Origin: Phycisphaerales bacterium
GTDB taxonomy: Bacteria; Planctomycetota; Phycisphaerae; UBA1845
Reading direction: 5' to 3'
Length of the DNA stretch: 64,000 nt
NCBI GenBank assembly: GCA_013140575.1
Contig: JABFSN010000047.1
Span: 5,036 to 69,035, forward strand
The notes beneath the pieces are model-generated. The model made no database searches and had not been told where the DNA came from. It saw only the letters and a program-made list of their open reading frames with translations. The position numbers were made by a program, and so were the translations under genes. Below, in pieces: positions 1 through 8,833 of this stretch. The number at the start of each line of letters is the position of its first letter. Position 1 is the first letter of the stretch.

Positions 1-203
1 CGAAAACGTCGGGCGCTCGGAAGCCAGAAGACCTACCAACCGGAATGTCTGGATTGTGACGCTCTCGCGGGAGGAGTGCCGCACCATGTTTTCCGGTCTG
101 ATGGAGCCATTCGGGCTCGTAATCAATTCAAGACCCAATCCGACGGAAAACGATCGTGCGACCGATCTTTGCGCGCGGAAGCGTCGCGTGAAGGGAGGCG
201 ACG

Positions 204-1433
204 ATGTTTGCATCTGCGATGAGATGGAGTGGTCATGCGGTTCCCGGCACGGCGCGATGGGCCCGTTTGGCGGTTTCGGCATGTTGGGCATTTGGTCCGG
301 CGGCCGTCCTGGGGCAGGCGTTTGAACCCTACGGATTTGCGCGACGCGTCGAATTGCCCACCGGCGCGGGACCGATCGACGCCCTTCCTGACGGGCGGCT
401 GATCGCGCTCCTGCAGGACGACGTTTACGTTCAGAACTGTTTCGACCCGGAGCGTATTGAGTGGATGGGCACGCTGCCGGACGCGGACCTCGCGTCGTTC
501 GGCGCCGCGTTCGTGCGCGTGTCACCAGATGGCACGCGAATCGCCGTCGGCAACAACGGCGGCGCGTCGCTCGTCGATTTCGAAGTCGGCGTGTTCGAGT
601 TGCCGGGTCTGGCCGGAGTATGGTTCACGGGCGGTCATTTCGACGCAAACTGGTACGACGACACCCTGCTGGCGCTAACCGCGGGCGATTTCGTCAATCC
701 CGGCGTGGTGACCATGCTTGACACTGCCAGCCCGATTCCCGGCGCACCGGTCAACACCGTTGTCGTGGACAACATCGGCGGCGGATCGGGTGGCGTGACA
801 TTCGACGCCGTGGGCAACTTGTACACCGGAAATGGGTTCGCGTTGTTCGGTCCCAGCGACACCGGGCACGTCCGAGCATTCGATTTCGCGTCGTGGTCGC
901 CGGCGCTTTCCGGGGGGATGCCCGTCGATTTCGAGGTCGACGGGGTGCTGATCATCGACGCGCTCTCCGCGTCGCCGTTGCATTTCGACGCGTCCGGCAA
1001 CTTGCTGATCGGCGGCGGCGATTTTTCCGGCGGCGACATCGACGCAGTTGCGGTCGTAGACGCGACCGCCGTGGCCGACGCGTTGGGCGGATTCGGGCCG
1101 GCGAACGTGTTCGACGCCACGCAGGTGCAGCGCCTGGACCCTGACACGACCACCGAATTCAATTTCTACGGGGTGGTCCATAACCCGGGGACCGACGAGG
1201 TTCTGGTGACCGACGGACCGGTCCACGCATTCGCGCCGCGCGTATGCGAGTCGAGCGGCGACTGCGACGATGCCGTCGATTTCACCGACGACTATTGCAC
1301 GGCGGAGGGTATATGCCTGCACGTGCCGGCCGTCCGCGGGGACACCGCCTGTGCGACGGACGGCACCGTGGACATTTTCGACATTTTGGCGGTGTTGGAC
1401 GCATTCGCCGGCACATCGCCCTGCTGCGACTGA
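204..1433 (+). CDS. secreted repeat protein (beta-propeller-like) with Cys-rich C-terminal dockerin/EF-hand-like module
   Basis: 409-aa ORF with G/C-rich third codon positions. GGGAGG lies 6 nt upstream of the ATG. Signal-like N-terminus (RLAVSACWAFGPAAVLGQA) and repeated G/D-rich strand motifs. C-terminus is CATDGTVDIFDILAVLDAFAGTSPCC. Function not assignable. Confidence 0.6.
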   Translation: MFASAMRWSGHAVPGTARWARLAVSACWAFGPAAVLGQAFEPYGFARRVELPTGAGPIDALPDGRLIALLQDDVYVQNCFDPERIEWMGTLPDADLASFGAAFVRVSPDGTRIAVGNNGGASLVDFEVGVFELPGLAGVWFTGGHFDANWYDDTLLALTAGDFVNPGVVTMLDTASPIPGAPVNTVVVDNIGGGSGGVTFDAVGNLYTGNGFALFGPSDTGHVRAFDFASWSPALSGGMPVDFEVDGVLIIDALSASPLHFDASGNLLIGGGDFSGGDIDAVAVVDATAVADALGGFGPANVFDATQVQRLDPDTTTEFNFYGVVHNPGTDEVLVTDGPVHAFAPRVCESSGDCDDAVDFTDDYCTAEGICLHVPAVRGDTACATDGTVDIFDILAVLDAFAGTSPCCD

Positions 1434-1469
1434 AAGGAACCGGTCAGGATGGGTGACGTCGCAGTTTCG

Positions 1470-1620
1470 AGGGGCCGTTTCTCGCCCGGAACGGGAGCAA
1501 TTTCCCCTCCCGGAACGTGGGCAAACTCCTCGCCCGGAGGGCGCTCGAAAGTAGCCAGGGGCTTCCGCCCTTGGAATGCGTTCCCGCGAATCTCCCGCCC
1601 GGAGGGCGGGCGAAACGCGT
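1470..1620. repeat. degenerate hairpin-rich repeat related to the family-2 element core
   Basis: Intergenic. GTAGCCAGGGGCTTCCGCCCTTGG...CTCCCGCCCGGAGGGCGGGCGAA resembles the family-2 core seen at 52810-52880 (TAGCCAGGGGCTTCAGCCCCTGG...TTCCGCCCGGAGGGCGGACGAA). No TIRs recognisable. Confidence 0.35.
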
Positions 1621-1667
1621 GTCCCAACTTGGCGCTGCTGTTTGCACCGATACTGGAGTGACATTTC

Positions 1668-2822
1668 GTGGCACGTACCCTGTTCAGGATGTTTTGCACG
1701 ACGTTGATCGTCTGCCACCCCGCATGGAGCGGCGAACCAAGTTCGTTCGCGACGCGCGTGGTCGACTACAACCCGGCGCCGGGGCACTTCGTTCAGGATG
1801 AATCGTTCAACGATCCTGCCCGGGCGCTCGGACCGCCGATCGGCGGCGGATTAACCGCGGCCGACAACTCCTCCGTCGTGACGCTGGGCGGTTTCGGCGG
1901 GTCGATCACGCTCGGGTTTGATCACACCGTGCTGGACGACCCACTAAACCCGATCGGTCTGGACGCGATCGTCTTCGGCAACGCTTTTTGGCGGGGCGGG
2001 GAGCCGATCAACCCCAACGTCCACTGGGCCGAGTGCGGCGTCATCGAGATATGCCGCGACTGGAACGAAAACGGTCAGCCGGATGCGGACGAACCCTGGT
2101 ATCTGATTCCCGGTTCGCACATCGCAAACCCGGCGGGTCAATTCACCACTTGGACGTGGGACGACAACGTTCAGGATGCAACCTATCCGCCTGCGAACCC
2201 CGCGTGGATTCCACCGGGCTACAGCGGAACGTGGCGAACATCGGGCTATTTGTTGCCGGCGGCGTTCAATCTCCCGTTGATCGTCAACCCCTTCGGTTCG
2301 AACGCGGAGGAAGAGGGGATTTTCGGATACGCGGACTATTCGCCGGTGCTCAAGTTGGGCGATTGGGACGCGGACGACGTCGTGGACGACCGCGGAACCA
2401 GCGCGGCGGAATTCTATACGATTCCCGACGATCCGTTCACCGTCGGCATTCGTCCCGGATCGTGCGGAGGCGACGCCATTGACATCGCCTGGGCCATCGA
2501 TCCGGCGAGCGGCGAACCGGCCGACCTCGACGGATTCGATTTCATTCGCATCACCAACGGTGTGAACGCCTTGACCATCTTCGGCGAGAAATCACCGGAA
2601 TTGGACGCCGTCGCCGATGTGGCGCCGGGCATCATGGGCGACTACGACGCCGACAACGACGTTGACATGGACGACTACTTCCATTTCCACCATTGCACGA
2701 AGCCCGCCGATGCCGGCGACATTTCGCCGCGCTGCCGCGTAATGGATTTTGACGACGACCTGCGCGTGGGCGTTCGCGATTTCGGCCGATTCCAGACCGC
2801 GTTCACCGGCGGGATCGAATGA
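1668..2822 (+). CDS. secreted hypothetical protein with C-terminal D-x-D dockerin/EF-hand-like repeats
   Basis: 384-aa ORF (GTG start) with signal-like N-terminus (MFCTTLIVCHPAWSG). C-terminal GDYDADNDVDMDDYFHFHHC and DFDDDLRVGVRDFGRFQTAF. Its stop overlaps the next start (ATGA). Confidence 0.6.
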   Translation: MARTLFRMFCTTLIVCHPAWSGEPSSFATRVVDYNPAPGHFVQDESFNDPARALGPPIGGGLTAADNSSVVTLGGFGGSITLGFDHTVLDDPLNPIGLDAIVFGNAFWRGGEPINPNVHWAECGVIEICRDWNENGQPDADEPWYLIPGSHIANPAGQFTTWTWDDNVQDATYPPANPAWIPPGYSGTWRTSGYLLPAAFNLPLIVNPFGSNAEEEGIFGYADYSPVLKLGDWDADDVVDDRGTSAAEFYTIPDDPFTVGIRPGSCGGDAIDIAWAIDPASGEPADLDGFDFIRITNGVNALTIFGEKSPELDAVADVAPGIMGDYDADNDVDMDDYFHFHHCTKPADAGDISPRCRVMDFDDDLRVGVRDFGRFQTAFTGGIE

Positions 2823-3655
2823 CCGCGACGAAGGCAACGAACCAGACCGGACTCGATGGGCGATGGCGCCTCAACCGGACCGTCGGTTTCACCCTTGTCG
2901 AACTGCTCGTCGTGCTGGCGATCGTCGCGCTTCTGCTGTCCATTCTTCTGCCCAGTTTCGCGGCGGCGCGAGGACAGGCGAAATCGGCTGCTTGCTCGTC
3001 GAACGTGCGGCAATTGGTCCTGGCCAACACGATGTACGGAAACGAGCACGCGGACCGATTCTGCCCGGGCGCGGCGCAGTTTATCGGCAACGCGAAGCAT
3101 CCGGGCAATTTGCATCGCTGGCACGGCACGCGCGACAAGCCCGGTGAACCGTTCGACGCACGGCGCGGTCCGCTCGTGCGTTATCTCGGGCGTGACGCTC
3201 GAATCCGGGCCTGTCCGGCGTTCACCAACGTCGCCCGCGGGTTTGAATACGGGGCGGGCGGTTTCGGCTACAACAATGCGTTCATCGGTGTGGCGCTGAA
3301 GCGCACCATGCCGAACGGGTATGCAATGGAGTCGGACGTCGTGGGGGCCTTGTCGAGCCGGGTGCGAACTCCCGCCGACACGCTGATGTTCGCCGATAGC
3401 GCGTTCGTCACCAATCGATTGATCGAATACAGTTTCGCCGAGCCGCGTTATCATGCGACGATGGGCTTCCGGGCCGACCCTTCGACCCATTTCAGGCACG
3501 GCGGACACGCCAATGTCGGCTGGTGCGACGGGCACGTGGACCAAAGGTCGCTGACGTTCACTTGGTCAAGCGGGTTGTATCCCGACCACCCGGGCCGGCA
3601 CGCCATCGGTTGGTTCGGCGCCACGGACGACAACAGGCTTTTCGATCTGGACTGA
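2819..3655 (+). CDS. prepilin-type N-terminal cleavage/methylation domain protein (DUF1559-like pseudopilin)
   Basis: Class III signal G/FTLVELLVVLAIVALLLSILLP near the N-terminus. C-terminal HFRHGGHANVGWCDGHV motif is typical of the planctomycete DUF1559 family. Confidence 0.85.
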   Translation: MTATKATNQTGLDGRWRLNRTVGFTLVELLVVLAIVALLLSILLPSFAAARGQAKSAACSSNVRQLVLANTMYGNEHADRFCPGAAQFIGNAKHPGNLHRWHGTRDKPGEPFDARRGPLVRYLGRDARIRACPAFTNVARGFEYGAGGFGYNNAFIGVALKRTMPNGYAMESDVVGALSSRVRTPADTLMFADSAFVTNRLIEYSFAEPRYHATMGFRADPSTHFRHGGHANVGWCDGHVDQRSLTFTWSSGLYPDHPGRHAIGWFGATDDNRLFDLD

Positions 3656-3656
3656 C

Positions 3657-3905
3657 TCGACAACGCTATGACAATCCCAAGCACGATCGACGAAATCTGC
3701 ACCGTGCGACACACGGCCCTTCCCAGCCCCGGAATCTGCACCGTGCAACACCAGGCCCTTCCCAGCCCCGAAGGGGCGGCAGTCAGTAGCCGGGGGTGGA
3801 GTCCGCGACAGCGGCCCACACCCCCGGAATCGCCCCCGACGCAAAGACCAGCCCCAGCGGGGCGAAAGAAGGGATGGCGGGATTCGTGTTCACGGCGCTA
3901 TAGTA
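3657..3905 (+). mobile_element. MITE-like element, family 1, copy A (249 bp, carries an internal 39-bp tandem duplication)
   Basis: Degenerate TIRs related to TACTACAACGC (left TCGACAACGC, right end ...GCGCTATAGTA). Flanked by CTGAC at 3652-3656 and 3906-3910. Same core as copies at 50470-50680 (same orientation) and 8199-8412 (inverted). Core is a string of hairpins; frames are not conserved between copies. Confidence 0.6.
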
Positions 3906-3918
3906 CTGACTCGACCAC

Positions 3919-5394
3919 ATGAACCGGTCCATACCCACCCCGACGCTCTGCGGATGCTGTTCCGAGCCGCATCCGGTCCGTATCGTGTTTGCGGTTGCCG
4001 TTGCATTGCTGGCCTGGACCTCCACGCCCGGGTGCGGAGTCGACGAATCCATCCTGCTCCCCGCGCAATTCAGCGAGACACCGCCGCCCGACGAGTCGTC
4101 CGTGCTGGCCCGCTTCGCCGTCATCAGCGACACCCAATGTCTGGACGAAGAGTCGCCCGCGAGATTCGCGGGCGCCGTCGCCTACATTCCATCGGCGTGG
4201 CGACCGCACGAGGCCTATACCACCCAGTTGTTCGACGGCGCCGTCCGCGCCGTCAACCGCATTCACCATTCCGGGCGCACCATCGATTTCGCATTGCACA
4301 CCGGCGATCTGTGTGACAACGCACAAATGAACGAACTGCAATGGGCGCTCACCGTCATGGACGGCGGCCAAATCGATCCGCGAAGCGGTCCCGACGACCG
4401 ATCACCGGACCAATTACCGCCGCCCGAACTTGATCCGCACGCCCCGTTCGCGGCCCAGGGGCTGTACCGTCACGGCATTCACGGACCGCGGCCATCGATT
4501 CCCTGGTACGTCGTATTCGGCAATCACGATGCGTTCGCGTTGGGGACGTTTCCCATCGTTGAGTCCATCACCGGCGCCCGCCGCGCCCCGTTGCCGCTGG
4601 AAGGTCGCCCCGGCATCCTACTGCCCGTCATTCTGAATCCGGTGGGATTCCTCGCCCACGGCAACGTGACGCCGGCCATGCCCGGTCCCCCGACGTTCCT
4701 CGAAGTGCCACGTGTTGTCACGCAGAATCCGGGACGCCGGTTTTTCAACAAGGGTGAATTCATCGCCGCCATGTACCGGACGCAAACGGATCCGCCGGGT
4801 CACGGTTTAACCGACGACCCCTCGGCACCGACGTGGTACAGCGTCGCCCCGATGCCCGGTCTGCGCCTGATCGGGTTGGACACGTCGGACGTGCCCGTGC
4901 CGGTGCCCGGGTTTCCCTATTCCGAGGGCGCCGTTTCGATTGCTCAATCGCGGTTTCTGCTTCGGGAACTGCAACGGGCGTCCGATCGCGGCGAACTCGT
5001 CATCGTCGCGTCCCACCACCCCAGTCACTGTCTCCAATCGATCTACGGCTCCGTATTGAGTGAACCGTCTTTGCAATCATTGCTGAATGAGTTTCCCAAC
5101 GTCATCGTTCATTTGGCCGGCCACACCCATCGCCATCGCGTCACCGACCGCGGCGGCTACCTGGAGATCGAAACGGCGAGCCTTCTGGATTGGCCGCAGG
5201 AGGGTCGGCTGATCGAAATCTACCGCGACCCGACAAGTGCTGCCGTTCACATCGCCTATGAGACAATCAACCATCTCGATGACTCGCTGCCTCCGCTGGG
5301 CGAAGATCCGCTGCTGGAGCTTCGCGCCGAAGCCCATCGCCGCGCCGATCCGATTAATCTACTCCCAGCCCATCCATCTCCCGATCTGCGATAA
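3919..5394 (+). CDS. calcineurin-like metallophosphoesterase, lipoprotein-type signal
   Basis: Motifs VISDTQC, HTGDLCDN, VFGNHDAF, ASHHP and LAGHTHRH match the metallophosphoesterase signature. N-terminal LLAWTSTPGC resembles a lipobox. Confidence 0.8.
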   Translation: MNRSIPTPTLCGCCSEPHPVRIVFAVAVALLAWTSTPGCGVDESILLPAQFSETPPPDESSVLARFAVISDTQCLDEESPARFAGAVAYIPSAWRPHEAYTTQLFDGAVRAVNRIHHSGRTIDFALHTGDLCDNAQMNELQWALTVMDGGQIDPRSGPDDRSPDQLPPPELDPHAPFAAQGLYRHGIHGPRPSIPWYVVFGNHDAFALGTFPIVESITGARRAPLPLEGRPGILLPVILNPVGFLAHGNVTPAMPGPPTFLEVPRVVTQNPGRRFFNKGEFIAAMYRTQTDPPGHGLTDDPSAPTWYSVAPMPGLRLIGLDTSDVPVPVPGFPYSEGAVSIAQSRFLLRELQRASDRGELVIVASHHPSHCLQSIYGSVLSEPSLQSLLNEFPNVIVHLAGHTHRHRVTDRGGYLEIETASLLDWPQEGRLIEIYRDPTSAAVHIAYETINHLDDSLPPLGEDPLLELRAEAHRRADPINLLPAHPSPDLR

Positions 5395-5660
5395 ACTGTG
5401 CAGTCTGCGGGATCTCCAGCCCGTGCCTCCATGCCTTCTTTCGAACCTACCGTCCGATAATCTCAAGCTTCTCGCCAACGACAACTGCTGATCGACGATT
5501 CCGATAATTCTTTAGCGCGCTGCCGGAGTCATCTAGGTGCCGGGAACTCCGAATCGTCGGGGTGACGCCGTCGCCTCGGGGCGGAGGAGATATGAGCGCT
5601 TGAAGTCCCTGGCTACGATCGCGCGCCATGGGGCGCGGAGATCGCTGCAGGCGCAGATCG

Positions 5661-8159
5661 CTACCGGTCATTCGTGTCGGCGGGTCGCAGCGCGGCGTCG
5701 GCGTCGATGCGGGCCGCTTCGCGGAGGGGGTCGGTGGTGTTTTCGCGGTTGGCGAGTTGCGTGGCGATGCGGAAGGATTCCTGCGCTTCGGACGTTTGGC
5801 CGAGGCGGGCCTGGGCGGCCGCGGCGATGAACAGGCAGGCGGGCATGTCGGCGCCGCCCTGGCGGGATTTCATGGAGGTGTCGATGGCCTCGTTGAATTT
5901 GCCGTTGCGAAGCATGGCCAGGGCGAGCACGGCGAACAGCCCGGGGTCGTCGGGGCGGGTACGCACGGCGTTTTGAATCAAGGTGTAGGCTTCGACGTCG
6001 TTGCGTAACGTCGCGTCGGTCGAGGTCATGTACTCCATGGCCAGCGTCGCGCTCAAATAGGGGTCGTCGAGGGCCATGGAGACGCCGTGGCGGAAGACGC
6101 GGACGGCTTCGTGGAGTTGCCCCTTCTGCCGCAGCAGGAGACCGAGATTGCGGTACAGCGTTCCGACGCGGGGGTCGTTGGCCAGCGCGGTTCGGAACTG
6201 GGCGATGGCGTCGTCGATGCGTCCCTGGCGGGCGAGCACGTTGCCGAGTTCGGTGTGGGCCTCCACGTAGTTGTCGCGGCGGGCGATGGCGCTGCGGAGC
6301 AGTTCGATGCCCCGATCGGCTTTCCCGTCGCCGGCCAATGCCCGACCGAGATGATAGCGGATTTCCGGCGATTCGGGATCGCGTTCGAAGGCGCGCTCAA
6401 GATAGGGCAGGGCGCTTTCGAAGCGGCGGGCTTCGCTGTGGGTGATGCCCATTTGCAGCAGCGCGAAAACGTTATCCATGTCCTTCTGAATGATGGTGGC
6501 CAGGGTCGCGGCGGCGTTGTCCAGCCGGCCGATGCGCCAAAGCGCGGAGGCGAGCAGCAGGTTCGGCGTCGGGTCGGTGCAATCGACGGCCTTGATGGCC
6601 TGATAGAAATCGATGGTTGCGGACAGTTGATCGTCGAGGACGGGGGCCATGGCGCGATAGATGTTGGCCGATGGTCCGACCGGTCCACGTTCGGGGAAAT
6701 AGAGCGACGAGGGCGCCGGACTGTCGCTGTGCGCTTCTTTCGTGATCACCAGCCAGGCGGGGTCGGGCGGACCGCGCTGGATCAGGTGGTCGGTCATGGT
6801 TGCGTGGACAACATCCCGCGGGCGGCGTGACGGCATGTGGCACGAGACGCAATCGGCGGAGGCGTCGTGCGCGGAGGTTGTTGCTCCATTCGCGGCGGGC
6901 GTCGAATCGGCCTTGCAATCGTCGGCCTGGTGGCAGGTCAGGCACTTGGCGCGGTAGTGGGCGGCACGTCGCTCGGGCGGCGGCTTGCGGTGCGGATCGT
7001 GGCAGGTCAGGCAATTCATTCGGCCGTCGCTTTCGACGTAGCAGCGGCTTTGCCGCAGACGGTAGGGGTGGTGGTTGATTTCGAAACGAGCGGATTTGTC
7101 GGGGCCGTCGTCGTAATCGAGCACGAGGAGATAGTCTTCCAACGGTTGGCCGGGGCGGTAGGAGAAGTCGTTCCGGCCGAAGCGGCGGACGAGGCTGGTA
7201 TGGAGGACGGTCGGCTGCAAATGGCATTGGTAGCAGACATCGTCGCGGCGTTGCGCGTCCAGTTTGGACGGATTGACAATGGCGCCGCGAACCTGTCCGA
7301 GCGTTGAATCGGTTTGACCGGCCAGTCGGACGTGGTCCTGCCCAGGTCCGTGGCAGCGCTGGCAGCCGATGCCCTGGGGGAGTTCCCTTGGATAGACGGG
7401 GAGCTTTCCGAAGGCGTCGGCGCCGTGCGGCACGTCGGGGTAGGCGTTATGGCAGAACATGCAGTCGCGGGAGATGGGGCGCATGAAATCCTGCTGGTCG
7501 CGGCGTTCGTAACCCGGGGCCATCGCCCACTTGCCGTCCTGGGTGTACCAGCAGACGGGTAGTTGGAAGATCTCGCCGGATTCGGTCTGGTACAGGTACG
7601 TGCGGACGTGGTTGCCGGAGCCGACGATCCAGTCCACCTTGCGTTCGATTTCGTTGAGCCGCCGACCGTCGGCGTCGATCTGCCAGCGTTTGAAGAACAT
7701 CCCGCCGTCGCGCAGGGACATTTCGTAGTGACGGTTGGATTCGGCGTGAACGACGCGGGCGTCCCGCCAATTCTCGATGATGTTGTCGGGCGACGGGCGA
7801 TAAAACGAACGAGCCATGCCGACGTGGGCGTACGCGTCGTACAGTTCGCGATGGCACTCGGCGCAGGCCGTGTCGGAGATGTAGCCGGGAATGGCGGACG
7901 TTGGTTTTGACGATGGCGGCGTTGAAGCCGCGGACGTGGTCGCCGGCCCGGCGGATTGGTTAACGACCGCAGGATTCCCGATCACCGATGGCGATTTGCT
8001 TGCATTCGCGCGGTCGCCCGTTGTCGTTGGTCCGTTCGGCGAAGTAGATTCGGGTTGCCTGCGGCAGGCGGTGGTGGTCGAAATCAGGACAATGATCGTC
8101 GGCACCCAGAACCGTTGTTGCCCGAATCCCTGACACTGTAATGCCACGCGTGTACCCAT
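5661..8159 (-). CDS. multiheme c-type cytochrome domain fused to C-terminal TPR repeats
   Basis: Seven CxxCH motifs in the N-terminal half (CAECH, CMFCH, CQRCH, CYQCH, CLTCH twice, CVSCH). The C-terminal half is TPR-like repeats (for example YHLGRALAGDGKADRGIELLRSAIARRDNYVEAHTELGNVLARQGRIDDAIAQF). Signal/lipobox-like N-terminus. Confidence 0.8.
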   Translation of the reverse strand: MGTRVALQCQGFGQQRFWVPTIIVLISTTTACRRQPESTSPNGPTTTGDRANASKSPSVIGNPAVVNQSAGPATTSAASTPPSSKPTSAIPGYISDTACAECHRELYDAYAHVGMARSFYRPSPDNIIENWRDARVVHAESNRHYEMSLRDGGMFFKRWQIDADGRRLNEIERKVDWIVGSGNHVRTYLYQTESGEIFQLPVCWYTQDGKWAMAPGYERRDQQDFMRPISRDCMFCHNAYPDVPHGADAFGKLPVYPRELPQGIGCQRCHGPGQDHVRLAGQTDSTLGQVRGAIVNPSKLDAQRRDDVCYQCHLQPTVLHTSLVRRFGRNDFSYRPGQPLEDYLLVLDYDDGPDKSARFEINHHPYRLRQSRCYVESDGRMNCLTCHDPHRKPPPERRAAHYRAKCLTCHQADDCKADSTPAANGATTSAHDASADCVSCHMPSRRPRDVVHATMTDHLIQRGPPDPAWLVITKEAHSDSPAPSSLYFPERGPVGPSANIYRAMAPVLDDQLSATIDFYQAIKAVDCTDPTPNLLLASALWRIGRLDNAAATLATIIQKDMDNVFALLQMGITHSEARRFESALPYLERAFERDPESPEIRYHLGRALAGDGKADRGIELLRSAIARRDNYVEAHTELGNVLARQGRIDDAIAQFRTALANDPRVGTLYRNLGLLLRQKGQLHEAVRVFRHGVSMALDDPYLSATLAMEYMTSTDATLRNDVEAYTLIQNAVRTRPDDPGLFAVLALAMLRNGKFNEAIDTSMKSRQGGADMPACLFIAAAAQARLGQTSEAQESFRIATQLANRENTTDPLREAARIDADAALRPADTNDR

Positions 8160-8198
8160 CGAAAGAAACCCGTCGCATAAGTAACACGTGCCCGCTAA

Positions 8199-8412
8199 TA
8201 CTACAACGCTATGAGCGCGTCTCCGGTCATGGCTTCTTTCGCCCCGCTGGGGCTGGTCTTGACCGTGCCAACGGCATCCGGGGGTTACGTCCGCTGTCGC
8301 GGACTAGACCCCCGGCTATTGACCGTAGCCCCTCCGGGGCAAGGAGGGACGCCGGCACCACGAACGGGGCCTCTTGATCGATCGCGCCCGGCATCGTCGT
8401 AGTGTTGTAGTA
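8199..8412 (-). mobile_element. MITE-like element, family 1, copy B (inverted relative to A and C)
   Basis: Best-preserved TIRs: left TACTACAACGCTATGA, reverse complement of right end TACTACAACACTACGA. Flanked by CTAA(T) on both sides (8195-8199 and 8413-8417). Core is the reverse complement of the copy A/C core. Confidence 0.65.
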
Positions 8413-8584
8413 CTAATGTCGCCACAAAGTTCCATCGTTCATGGCGATGGGGCGATCAACCAAGCCGATAACGCAATCTTCAGAAAGAATTGATTCGCCC
8501 GTTTGCCTAGCCGGGGCGCGTTTCGTACGTTTCGATTGTCGGCTGTGGAACGTAACGCCTGACGGGTTACGGCACGCGTCCGAC

Positions 8585-8595
8585 GGGGGGGGGGG
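8585..8595. repeat. G11 homopolymer tract upstream of the flp pilin gene
   Basis: Eleven consecutive G read directly from the sequence, about 240 bp upstream of the flp start. Confidence 0.9.
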
Positions 8596-8833
8596 AAACT
8601 GGGGCGATCGCATCCTGCCGACCGGCCTTTCATTTCCCAACGAACACGCGATGTATCCGGACCGCAGGACGCGGTTCGGCAAGTGACGCTCGCGACCCTT
8701 GGAGGTTGGAGTCGAGTAGGAGGGCGGTGGTCGGACCAGGGACGGGCCGGGCGCCGATTCGATTCCCAGCGGGTTCCGTTTGAAGATCGGACCCCGGGGG
8801 TTTAAGCGAAGGAGCAGAACAGTGAATTGCTTT

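Noticed and set aside
675-1787. 370-aa minus-strand ORF, together with many similar long overlapping ORFs throughout the track
   Set aside because: They are antisense or out of frame relative to ORFs that have signal peptides, motifs and better third-position G/C bias. They are treated as artefacts.
2819-2822. Frequent 4-bp ATGA/GTGA start-stop overlaps (2819, 25596, 27178, 36336, 37820, 42309, 47380) as something unusual
   Set aside because: This is ordinary translational coupling in compact bacterial operons. It was used only as evidence for start-codon choice.
3668-3922. Small ORFs inside family-1 elements (3668-3922, 50377-50652, 8141-8377, 8211-8402, 50412-50696) giving similar peptides such as MTIP.TIDEI.TV.H.ALPSPEGA
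   Set aside because: Indels between copies shift the frame, and conservation follows the hairpin stems rather than codons. The elements are best read as non-coding.
8441-8686. 81-codon ORF containing the G11 tract
   Set aside because: Third-position G/C bias is weak in its first half, there is no RBS or motif, and it lies in a promoter-like region. It is kept only as a remote possibility in the G11 finding.
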